This document shows, in pieces, positions 40,201-52,200 of a stretch of 64,000 nucleotides of DNA. The stretch comes from Sphyrna mokarran. Taxonomy: Eukaryota. Every line of letters begins with the position of its first letter. Position 1 is the first letter of the stretch. Below the pieces are notes generated by a model. It was not told the DNA's origin, did not search any database, and saw nothing but the letters and a program-made list of their open reading frames with translations. The translations under genes were made by a program, and so were the position numbers. The stretch is taken from the NCBI GenBank assembly GCA_024679065.1, contig JAGIQG010000011.1:39432001-39496000 (forward strand), given 5' to 3'.

Positions 40201-43200
40201 TGGCAGCACTCTGAGCCTGTTTGGCAATAAGCTGAGATTTCATAACTTCAGTTTGAATTTCTACTGTTGTACTGATATGTTGGGGGCCTCTGTTTTGCTA
40301 CAATGGAAGTCAAAGCATCAGACATTGGGCTATGGTTGGGTCCAGAATGTTCTCATGGAATTTGCCACTACTTCCACACTGTAAAGAATGGGCTTCTAGC
40401 TCTGCACAAAACTCATGCCAACTTGGAGTCATACTTCTGCATATTTCTTAATAAGGAGAGGCAGCCTTCCTGGCAAGTCTGGTAATGCTTCAAGCATTTC
40501 TTTCTGCTTGGAAGCTAGACTTGTTGGATGAGGGTAAAGCACGACTTGAGAAGATGGGTGATCAGGAGGAACATAATGTCATCCTCAGTGGATTAAGCCC
40601 TGCCACAGGTCCCTGCTTCAGGAACAACTCTTACACTGCTGGCAAGCACTGTCTCCTCCATGGACATCAGCACATGCAGTTTCCCACACTCCCTTCTCAC
40701 CCCATCCTGGCAGGTGCCAGCTTGTCCTAGGAAGAGAGTAGGAAGTGTGTCTTCGAGTGTAGTGCAAAGTGTTTGAATATTGCGCATGCCACAGTTGAAC
40801 AGCTGGCAGAATGTACAAGTTGTGAGGTGCAAGTGTGCATCTGCAAGCTGCACAGTCACTTGGAAATATTTAGCTGTAACTCTCAGGCTGTGCTGCACTT
40901 CAATCTGTGCTATGCTGAAAATTTGCAGTTCTTTCTCTTGATTGGCTAGCACTTAACCTGTGGATTTCTGCTGTCTTTACAGTGTGGTTCTCTCTCACAC
41001 CACTTCTTTTGTCATTTTTGCTGCTGGGTGTTCCCATTGTTTGTACAGATTACCACTTTCTGACCTTCCTTCTTTTACATAATCAGTTCGTAACCTTAAA
41101 CAATTTTTCTATGTATATTTCAGCTGCATTATTTCAAATTATAAGCACTGCACAGTTATATTATTTGAATTTAATTGTGTTACTTTTAAGTTAATGCTGT
41201 AGCTTATTAAGTTGAAGTTTGTTTGCGAGATTACAGCCAATTCAGAACATTTTGGTGAAACTGCATTTTTTTAAAAATACATTTAGATGTGAAGGTTACA
41301 TGGTATAGTAAGCAGAAGGAGATCAAACAATCGCGATTCTTCAAGATGGTTCAGTTTGAAGATACCTATCAACTGGAAATTGCTGAAGTGTACCCGGAGG
41401 ATGAAGGAATGTATAAATGTGTAGCATCCAACTCTGCTGGAGAGGTGTCGTGCACTGCTAACTTAAAACTGGAAGGTAAATTAATGCATTCTTTATTTTG
41501 GCTTTATATGCTACACATTACATTATTTTTACATTTCTGTTTTCCTGGTCTGAATTTTGAAGCATATTCCTGCCTGTGGTTATTTTCATTGTTGGTAATG
41601 GTTAACATTGCCTGTGGCATTCATTTTTACACTTTAGCACCATTGGGCCAGCAAGCATATTCACTTTTTATGAAAGCATGTGCATTTTGTGCTTGTATTG
41701 CTGAACACCATTCCACCTTGTCTCTGTATCTCCATTGGTTGAAGCATTTCATCCATAATAGATTTCATCAAGCAACTCATCTAGTCTACATTTGTTTCCA
41801 AACCTGTAATAACTCATGACCAGTTCTTTCATCCGCCTCTAAGGTAAACAACTGAGGCTACCAGCTGTGCACTGTGGAATGCCACTATAACACGATTATA
41901 CTTACTAAATAAATTTCTTTTGTAAACAACATTAATATGTTACAACTGTAAATTTATTCAGCAATAAAGCATTGTACTTCATCATTTTGTTTGGATTTTT
42001 TTGTTAGATCTCCTCTTGCAGTGGCTTCAATTTTAAGATTTTTTTCAGTAAACTATAAAATAAGATGAAAGTTTTCATCAAATGCACCCAACTACCTCAA
42101 CCATACAAAGGCACACTAATTTTTAAATGACAAGTATGTGCCTTGACTTTTAATTTACAATGCCAGTCATACAGTGCAAAACCTGATTTCCTTTCCAGGA
42201 TATAGAAAGGTTGATTACATCAAATACATCATATGTCTACGTTTGGCTCTTCTGAAGAAGCAACATGAGTCTAAGTGCTTATCTTTAGTGTCTGCATTTT
42301 AAGTAGGCAAGTGCACATTGGGCTGGCAAGCATATTATATGCAATAGTGTCTGTTGGTCCCAAACCAAAGATCCAAGGATTGCATAGTGGACAGTTAATC
42401 AAGCCAAGTTCTGGTGCTTCATTTTGATAGTCTAAGAACAACAGTATACTTATTACTGATGCAAGAATACAATTAGGATTTCCTTGGTATAGTTCTTGTT
42501 AACTGACTTAGCAATTTCAGCAAAGTACAGCCCACATTGGGCAATATAAATATGCAAAGCATAAATAAACTGTGCTGGCAAAAAAATCTAATAGTGCTAC
42601 ACTTACAGTAAACAATTTACCCTCTGACTAGATATTTGCTGTAATTCTTCCAAATAGTATATTTTTTTTGACTTTGCATTTCATATCACCTCATGTTTCT
42701 AAAACCTGATTCCGTTAACACACAATTTAGAAGCCTTTCATCTTCATCTTCATCTGGAACATTTGCAAGAGAAGAACTAAATCTTCATTTTGTTCAATGA
42801 ATGCCATTTTCTCCCATGGAATTTTGCAGATTTTGTTGAGGAAAAGGAATTGGGAGTTTTCCTCAATCAAGTGAATTGCACCTCTTTAGCATGTGGTTAG
42901 CATGCTGGGTTGCCCTTTGGACAACATGAGCTGTTGCTTTGATTATTTTGTCAGTCATGATTTAATATCATGATTAATACTTTGTCTTTTGTTACTCAGA
43001 TTACAAAGTGCAAAGCATAGATAGTCAGAGCATAACAACTTCTGGAAAAGCTGTAGAGGAATCCATCGCTTCAAAGACTTTTGAAGTATCAGAAATGCAT
43101 GTGGAGTCCCCTGTGACCTTAACGCATACAAAGAACTATACCGAGGAAATCTGTTTGCAGCAAGAACATACATACAGTGTTCAGACATTTGAAAGTATTT

Positions 43201-46200
43201 CCATGAGTTCATCAAGCAAGACAGTTTCCTCTGGAAGTTGGGAAGAATGCCAAAAAATTGCCAAGACGGAAACAGTTAGAAGTGGCTGTCAAAATTCACC
43301 AAAAATCTTGCAAGATCTGAATGATGTCACAGTTTTGTTAGGTCAAACTGCATCTCTAAAATGTCAAATTCTAGCATTGCCTAGACCAGAAATAAAATGG
43401 TATAAAGAAGATCAAGAACTTATGGAAGTTAAGAGAATTAAAATTGTTACTATAACAGAAGATGAAGTTTTGACATCATCTGAATTAATTATACAGCAGA
43501 TCCAAGAAGAAGACACAGGAATTTATAGATGTAAAGCTACAAATCCTTTTGGCGAAGTTAAATGCAAAGCCAAAATAATTGTTACAGCAGCCAAACCTGC
43601 CCTTGAGGTTCCCCTGATTCTCCTTGAACTTAGTGATCTAACAGTGAAGGCTGGTCAGATGGCACAGTTCATCTGTTCTTTTAGCGGGGAATCTTTTACA
43701 GAGGTCATATGGAGTCACGGAAGCAGAAGACTAGAAGAATCAGGAAGACTGAAGATTTCTCAGAATGGAAATGTTATGTCTCTCACTATCCTAAATGTGC
43801 ACTTAGAAGATCAGGGACAGTACAGCTGTACTACAAGAAATGAAAGTGGTGAAAAGAAGACTACTGCTGTACTAATTGTAGAAGGTGGTTGTTTATTATT
43901 TTATTTTCAAACAGCATCCTGATCCATCCACTTCATGTATCTGTTCCAAAATAAGTTTAGTACCTTTTTAAGAAGATCCTAAGTTTACTTATTAATAGTA
44001 AAATGTTCAATTTAAAATGTTTAGCTAGTGACTTATACAAACCTTAACACTTGACACACCAAGTCTGCATGAATTATTGCAAACATTGCCTCTTGCTGTT
44101 ATAATTTTTTCAAGTATTTACTTTGCTGAAATTATTAAATCAGTTAACATTTATCCTAATTTTATTCTTGCATAGCTGAAGAATCAAAACCCAAAACAGG
44201 TGCAAAAATTCCCACTGATAGCAGCTCAGATAGCACAATAACTGAACAAAGACCACATATCACATCTGATAGCACACCAGAAGTACAAAAGAAACCGTCA
44301 AGTCCACCACCATCTTCAACCAAACGGCCAAATGGAAAAGAGAAGCTACGAAGCCGTGACTATTATCCTGACGTTGTGCCCTTTGACGAATTGATAGACA
44401 CTGGAGCCATAGCACCGATGTTCTTAGAAAAGCTGCCTCCAGAAATCATTGTTCAAGATGGAGAAGATGTGTTGTTGTTTTGCATCGTAAAAGGTGTACC
44501 ATCACCTTGTGTACTTTGGCTGTGCAACCAACGCATAGTTGAAGAATCTTCATTGTGTTCCATTAAACATGATGGGTTACTATGCAGTTTAAAAATGCAA
44601 AAAGTCTGCCAAAGGCACAGTGGCACTTATTCATGCAAAGCGGTTAACTCTGCTGGAGAAACAGCGTGCAACACTCTACTTAGAGTGACAGGTTGGCAAT
44701 TGCATGCTTTGGTCCTTCCCAATGTGACTTTATCATGCATCTCAGCACATCCTATGGAAAGATTCTTTGCAGAAAGTCATCTTGTTGACCTGCGGATTAT
44801 TGCATTCATTTTCCTGAAATCAGATTAGGCATGTTGAGGCATGTTTGTTGTTTCAATACACAGCAAATCAGAGAATGATTTTTTTTACAAAATCCTGGAT
44901 TGCCTGAATTATCTTTGTGATTCAGTCAACCAGTTGCTTGGTAAATCCTTCTAGAAATCACAATTAGCGAATATATTTAATTTTTTGGCATGTATGTTTT
45001 GTATGTCTTTGCATATTAAATGTATTTTGAGTTTCATTTTCCTTTTTGCATATTTTATTTTGTGGGAAAAATAGTGATACGTTCTTATAATTATATTCAA
45101 TATTCATTTCCATGCAGAAAAGATTCAAGACAAGATTGAACAACAGATAGAAATGGAAGTGAGAGGTAATACTTTTATCATTATTCAATAAACAATTATT
45201 TAACTTTGCATTTAATGCTAGGTTCGAACAACTGCTATCAACTTTGGTATTTTGCTTATCATGATAAGTTGTGCTGTGTTACAAAGTGTAAAAAAAATTA
45301 CAGGTTGTCTATGCCAATCTGATTTACAAACCCAACTTCTTGTTGTCATTCTCATTTTGACCTAAACAAAAAACCCTTTAACAACAAAAATATTTACTTT
45401 GCAGGAAATGTTATTTTTTAACCAGTATTAATTCCTCATATTTCAGCTGAATTTTAATTTGAAATTGCTCATTGTCATAACTGATACACTGCAAAAGGGA
45501 TAGATAGAGTTACATTCAGTAAGTTGTATTCTAACATGAATTATATAATGAGAAGTGTTTAAATGAACTCTCAAGTATCTGTCATTCAATGATTGAATGC
45601 TGAAAATATATATTTTAGTGGTGATTACTTGAATCAGTACTTTTGTTGTTCTCATTTACTTCTGATTTTCCAATAAATTTTTGATAAAGAACTCACAGGC
45701 AATATGTCATAAAGAAACTTTGACTAGATTCTTTTCCATTTTTAGCATTCATTTTCTTCCATTTTCATGACATCAACCTATCCTCATGTATTTACACTGC
45801 CTTGCAGATAGCAGTATGTGTTCATGTACGCTGGCATTTTTTTGCATAATATTGTGAATCTAGCAACTATATTAGTTCGAATAAACACCTTCTCATGCAA
45901 ATTGGAAGGATTACAGTTGTGGATGAATTTATTTCCATTTATTGATTCCAATTCTAAAAACTATCTCTGTCAAACTGGCTGAAAAATTTACCTGTTGTTG
46001 AAAAAGGATCAGAAAGGGCATTTATTCTGCTGTCTGCAAGTCAGGTAAGATTTGTAATAACCTAGATATCCCCAAATCACAGGGACAGATTTTACATTCA
46101 AAAATAACAAAATTCTGTCATGAGATCACGTTATGCTTTTTTCAAAACATACATTCTAATATGATTTTTGAGAAGAAATTGCAACAGTCTGAAGAAGGAA

Positions 46201-49200
46201 CAAAGAACGAGCGATTTTCCTGCTCAGAATCTTTAAAAAGAAAATGGTCTTGCGTTTATTCGAACAAATATGGTGAGTGAATTTTTTACAATATTTGTGA
46301 AAAAGCTGATCCATTAAGTTCATCATTTCATCATATTATAGATTTGTTCTAAATTTAATTCTTATAATGTTTTGAACTGCCTTTTAAGAAACTTCATACA
46401 AATTATTTCTTTTTTTTACAGAGTTGTTTTTTGATGCTGGGACAGAATATTTGGAAAATCGAGAAAACATGCGTGATGCATTTTCGGATGCCGAAGATTA
46501 TTTAGATCAGGGAATGGTTTCTGCTGATCGTTGTGCAAGCAGAACATCTTCTATAAGTTCTTGGTCTGAGAATTTCAGGCCATCTTTCACTGAAAAGCTC
46601 AAATTCAAATCCGTAATGGAAGGAGAACAAGCTGTTTTTAAATGCAAGTTGGTTGCCAGTCCAGCACCAAAAATTGCATGGTTTCATAACAACAGACCTA
46701 TATGTAAAGATTCAAGAAGGATTATTAAAATAGAAAGCATAATGCACATTCACAACTCAAGTTTGGAAATCAATAATGTAGAAGAGAAAGATTCAGGGAG
46801 TTACAAAATATTTGCAATAAACTCTGAGGGCTCAACAGAGGCAACTGCATCTTTACTCATTGCACTTAAAGAAGAGCAAAATGCAAATTATCTGAGCTTT
46901 GTGAAAAGATCAGAGATGGTTCACGAAAGTATAGACTCTTTAGTTAAGAAGCGGGATGCAAGACTTAGAGTTGATCTCAGACATGTTGGATCACCCTTTG
47001 ATAAGAAATATCAGGTTCAAGGAGCTTTGCGTAAACATTCAAATTCTAAAAGCAAACTGATGCGTACAATGTATTTTGAAAGAACACCAATAAGGCATTA
47101 TCTATATAAGGATAGATCTGCAGAAATACAGTCATCTAAATTATCAGGGAGGGTTTTCGATAAGGATAGCTTAATTGATGAAGATATTAAAATTAAATTG
47201 CAGCTTTTACGTGAAGCTAAAAGGAAAAAAAGATTTTCTCTTGCATTCTCTGAAGCTTCATTTGATCTGGGCACTGCATCGGTTGAAGACAATCTGAAGT
47301 ATAATTATGCATATTTAGACAGGGAGCGCAGCAGAAGTATGGGAGATATTGATCACATCGATTTTGAACCTAGTAAGTCTTATTTTGTGCAAGGACAGGA
47401 GCTGTCTTCTGGTAACTATTTCCAGAGAGAGTCTCCTGAATTTCAGTGTCAAATGGAGCGGGTATCAGGACTTTCTCTACAGGAAGTAGAGCCACAAAGA
47501 GACCTGAAAGAAAATTTTACTGAAGAATCTTCCAAAACAAAAGTCATAAAGTCATTACCAGAGCAATTTCTGAAAGGTAGTTTAATTCAAGAAGCAGAAC
47601 AAGAACAGGAAAGTCAATACAGATTGGAAGAAGAGGAAACCGATAAATGCTATTTTCAAAAGCAAGTTGATGAAAGAGAAGAACCACAGAGTGAACCTTG
47701 TGAAGAACCACAGACATTCTCTAACCAGTGGCTTGAAGGCTTTATTAATATGCAAAGGGATATAATAACAAAGGGGCCTGGAGAGTTGTTTGAGCCTCCC
47801 ACATCAGCAGTTAACGAAACACCAATAATTCAAGAAGCAGCACAGCCTGCAGCCAGTGTTGAATATCCAGAGATTTTACTGAAGGAAAAAGAATCCCCTC
47901 TGTTTGACAGAACACCAATAAAGCAAACTCCAGTGGAATTAAAAGAATGTCCAAGTAAATCTGAGTTGAAGGAAGACCATGAGATATTTTATGACCAGTG
48001 GTCTGAAAGTTTGATTAGTGTGCAGAACTCATTAGTGAAGGAAACTGAAAATAACCAGTCAATATTTGACTATTCCAGAGCAATTGAGATAAGTGGATCC
48101 AGATTTGGTGAACAAGATGACATGGTGAGAGAATCTTCACAAAAACAAATGCCTTCTCCTTTAATAGAAGAAAAAGAAGCCTCTACTCTGTTCAGAACAT
48201 CATTTGATGATAACACTACGGAAATAAGCACAATTTCATGCAGAGTTGAAGACAAAGAAGACCCTAGTGCATCTTTTGACACATGGTCTGGGAATGTCTT
48301 AGTAAAACAGGAGCCTGGATTTGACCACACAATCATTGATCCAACAAAATCCACTTCTGAGGAAAGTGAGATCAACCAAAAAGCAGCACAATTTGAGAAT
48401 GAAGATTATACCCAGATGATAACATCCTCTACTTTGCCAGAGAAAATAGAAACCTCAGAATTTGTCAGCTGCTTGGTGAAAGAAATACCAAAAGAAGTGA
48501 AGCATATTCCATTTAAATCTGATAAGGTGAACTATGGGACAACTGTGGAACATTGGCCTGAGAGATTCATTAGTGTACCTAGTGACTTACTAACTCAAAA
48601 ACCTGGAGATGGTCATAAAATATCTGACCAACCTGCATCAGCAGTCAGGCAGACAGAGGTAGTTAGTATGTCCAAAATCAGGCATAAAACCCTAGAAGAT
48701 GAAGCACAGTTTACAGATTCCAACCATGTTGTGAGACATTCTCCTCTGATAGCAAAAACAAAAGAAACATCAACTTTTACTAGAACAGTGAAAAAACAAA
48801 TTCCAGACGATATAAAAGAACCTCCGTATAAATCTGATATTGAAGAAGAATACGAGTCATCTTTTGATAAAAAGCATGGAAGATTTATTTGTGTGGAGAA
48901 AGACTTTCCAGCAGCAAAATATGAAGATAATCACAAAATCCCACTGACTGATCAAGCCAGATCAGCAATAGATCATGCAGAGGTGATTGATTTATCTAAA
49001 CTCAGTGAAAAAGAGCAGCATAAAGGCAAGGTTGAAGAATTCACTACAATACCAACAATTTGCATACCAGAAAAGAAAGAAACTTCAATATTTGTCAGTT
49101 CACCCATAAGTAAAAGAGCAACAGAAATAAGAGAACCTCCATATAAATCTGAAGTGAAGGATAGTCACCAGATGCCTTCAGAGCAATTTGTCGGAGGTTC

Positions 49201-52200
49201 TGTTGGTCTGATCAGGGGTTTTGTAACTGAAAAGTGTGAAGATACTAATGGAACAACCAATAGGCCCATACCATTACTCGAACAAATAGAGACAACAAGC
49301 AGATCTAAAATAAGTCAAAAAGAGTCACACCCCGAAGGTATGGTTACAAGCACCACCCAGATAATACACACAGAACCAGAGAGCAAAATTGAATCAAGCT
49401 TTTTCATTTCATTGAAGAAAGAAACAGCAATGGATTTCCCAAAAGAACCTGCATATGAATTTGGACATATGGAAGATCATGGAACAGCAGATGACCAGCA
49501 GGCTAGCTTTCTAACTGAGAAATCTGAAGAGAGTCATGAAATGTATAACCAACCTAAATTTACAGAAACACAGACTGAGATGATTAGTGTAGCTAAAATC
49601 AAACAAAAAGAGCCACAATATGAAGCAAAGATTGTGCATTCGACATGGATGGTGAAGCTGCCTTCTTTATCAGACGAAATGGAAACTTCAACTTATTTAA
49701 GTTCATTGAAAAAGCCAACTCCAATAGACAAAATAGAATCTCTTGAAAAACCAGAAATTAAGGAAGACCCTGAGACAGCCCTTGAAAGTTTTGCCATTAT
49801 GCACAGAGACTTCCAGACAGAGAACCTGGAAGGTGACCATGGAATACTTGATCAATCAGCAGATAGAGATATAGCAAAGATTAGCACATCTGAAATTAGT
49901 CAGAAAGAATCACAACAAGAGTGGAAAATTAAATGTTCTACCCAAATAGTGAGACCTTCTCCTTCAACAGAGGAAAATAAAACTTCAAATTTCTTCAGTT
50001 CATTAGTGGATGAGACACCAATAGAAGTACAAGAACATCAAAATAATTTTTTAGCTACCAAAGAATTTCCAAAAGAAGAGCCTCCTACAATTAAACATTG
50101 CCCACCTGAATTTCTCCATCATATTGCATCCACTAAAATTAAGCAAGGAGACTTGTGTGTGCTTGAGTGCCAATTTCAAGGACATCCACAACCTACTGTA
50201 ACTTGGTACAAGGATGAACGCCCAATTCAACAAAATATGGGCTATACTATTCACTCCATGGAAAACCAATCTACATTGAGTATTGGATGCACATGCAAAG
50301 AAAATGAAGGAGTATATACATGTGTAATATTCAACCAATATGGAACTGCAAGTACATCTGGCAGCCTTACGATACAAGGTAAGATTCTTAATGCTTTATT
50401 TATGAAATTATTTTCTTAAATATGTTTTTACAACATATTTTATGAATGATGACTTCAAACTAATGAAAAATATTTTTATTTTCCAGAACCAGAACTGTTT
50501 GAAGAATCTTTGAAAAGGTTTGACATACATGTTATTGAAGCACCAGAGAACTATACTGAAGAAGATGATGTTGATCAGTTGCTTGAAAATGAGATGGAGT
50601 CTTATGTTCCACCATTTACTGTAACAAAATCCACCTTGCAATTACCAAAGATTGCAGGACCGCGACCTTGTCCTGTAAATTTATCTTTGCTTTCTTCTCC
50701 TGTTGAGATTAAAATAACGGCTCCAACTCCAACACCAGAGCAAGATGAAGATCGGAAAGAGTTACTTCAAGAAGATGAATCTGATTCCAAGCATTCATCT
50801 CCAGAACTGTCCTCTCAGACCTCAAAGCACAAATTTACATTTTCTTTTGATGTAATTTCTGAACCCCCCCGTGTTTTGAAAGAATTAGATAAGATTTGTT
50901 GTGCAGAAGGGGAATCAGTGATGTTTGAATGTCTAATTTCTGGAGAGCCAACACCTATTGTTACATGGACACAAAATGACAGAGTTTTAACTGATGATAA
51001 TAGCAAGCACCGATTTGAAGAGAGTGGAGGAATGTATAGGTTATACATTGATGATGTTTCAGAATCTGATGTGGGGAACTATAAGTGTGTGGCTAAAAAT
51101 AAAGCTGGACAAGTACAGAGCACATCTAGTCTTAGAATAGAGCCCACAATGCATAGTTTTGTTTGCCATTTGAAGGATATTGAGCCACATTTTGAGGAAG
51201 TAGAGCCATCTGTCAGCCGTTTTCTCCTCAATTTAAGTAAAATGGGACAAGAAGGTATTGAGCAACAAAAACAATTATCACTACAGGAAGGGCATGTGGA
51301 CACTTCTCCTTTATATAGCAGAAAAGAACAAACGTTAGGGCTAATTTCTGAATCTGGAGACTCTTTTATTTCCACTGCTGATAAATTTTCGAGTAAAGTT
51401 TCATCTTTAAAGGAAGAGGGCATTGAAGCAATTATACGTTCAAATACTTCCTTTTCTGATGAAATTTCATCTTTGCAGGAGGAAAGCAATAAAACAGTCT
51501 CAGATTCAACAACTTCCTTTCCTGACGAATGTTTAAGTAAATGTTCGTCTTTAACAGAAATTAGTAAAAACATAGATCAAAAAATGCCAGATACAGCAGC
51601 AGAACAAACACATTCTATTAGCGAGTATCTGCGTTCTCTTGAGGAAAACCAGAAGGTGCCTGAAGCTTGGAAGATGGAAGAGGAAACAGAACCAAAAGAG
51701 GACAGATGTGACTCTGTGAGCGAAACGTATGAGGACAGTATATTCCCAGAAAGTGTATTTAAGCAAGTTGCAAGAAGTCCCAGAGCAGAAGCAGAAGGGA
51801 ATGGATCAGAGATTAAGTTAAGTGGTAACTCCATTTCCCCTGAATCCATCTGTGAAATAAATGTCAATCTAGCAGAAACAGTTTCTAGGAAAGATGAGGA
51901 AGATGAAAATGTTTCCATAGTACAGTATCTTCTTACTGCAAGACAGGAAGAAGCACCAATTAATGAAGAGGCAAATAATGATGCATTTGGGTATGATGAA
52001 TCTGGCATAACTTCGATGGAGATTGAGGAAGTAACATTCGGTGCTGTTTATGACTATTATAATCAAAATGAAGAGTGGGTACGCTCTCTGTCCCCTGAAT
52101 CTGAAATGTCAATTGAAATTAGCAGTACAATTAGTGATGATGTAGCAGAGAATGGAAGATTTTATACACCACCCTTGGCTTCTGATAATTTCAAATCTGC

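Noticed and set aside
51079-52008. Antisense ORFs over the Novex-3 and N2B exons
   Set aside because: Expected by-product of Glu/Ser-rich coding bias on the sense strand.
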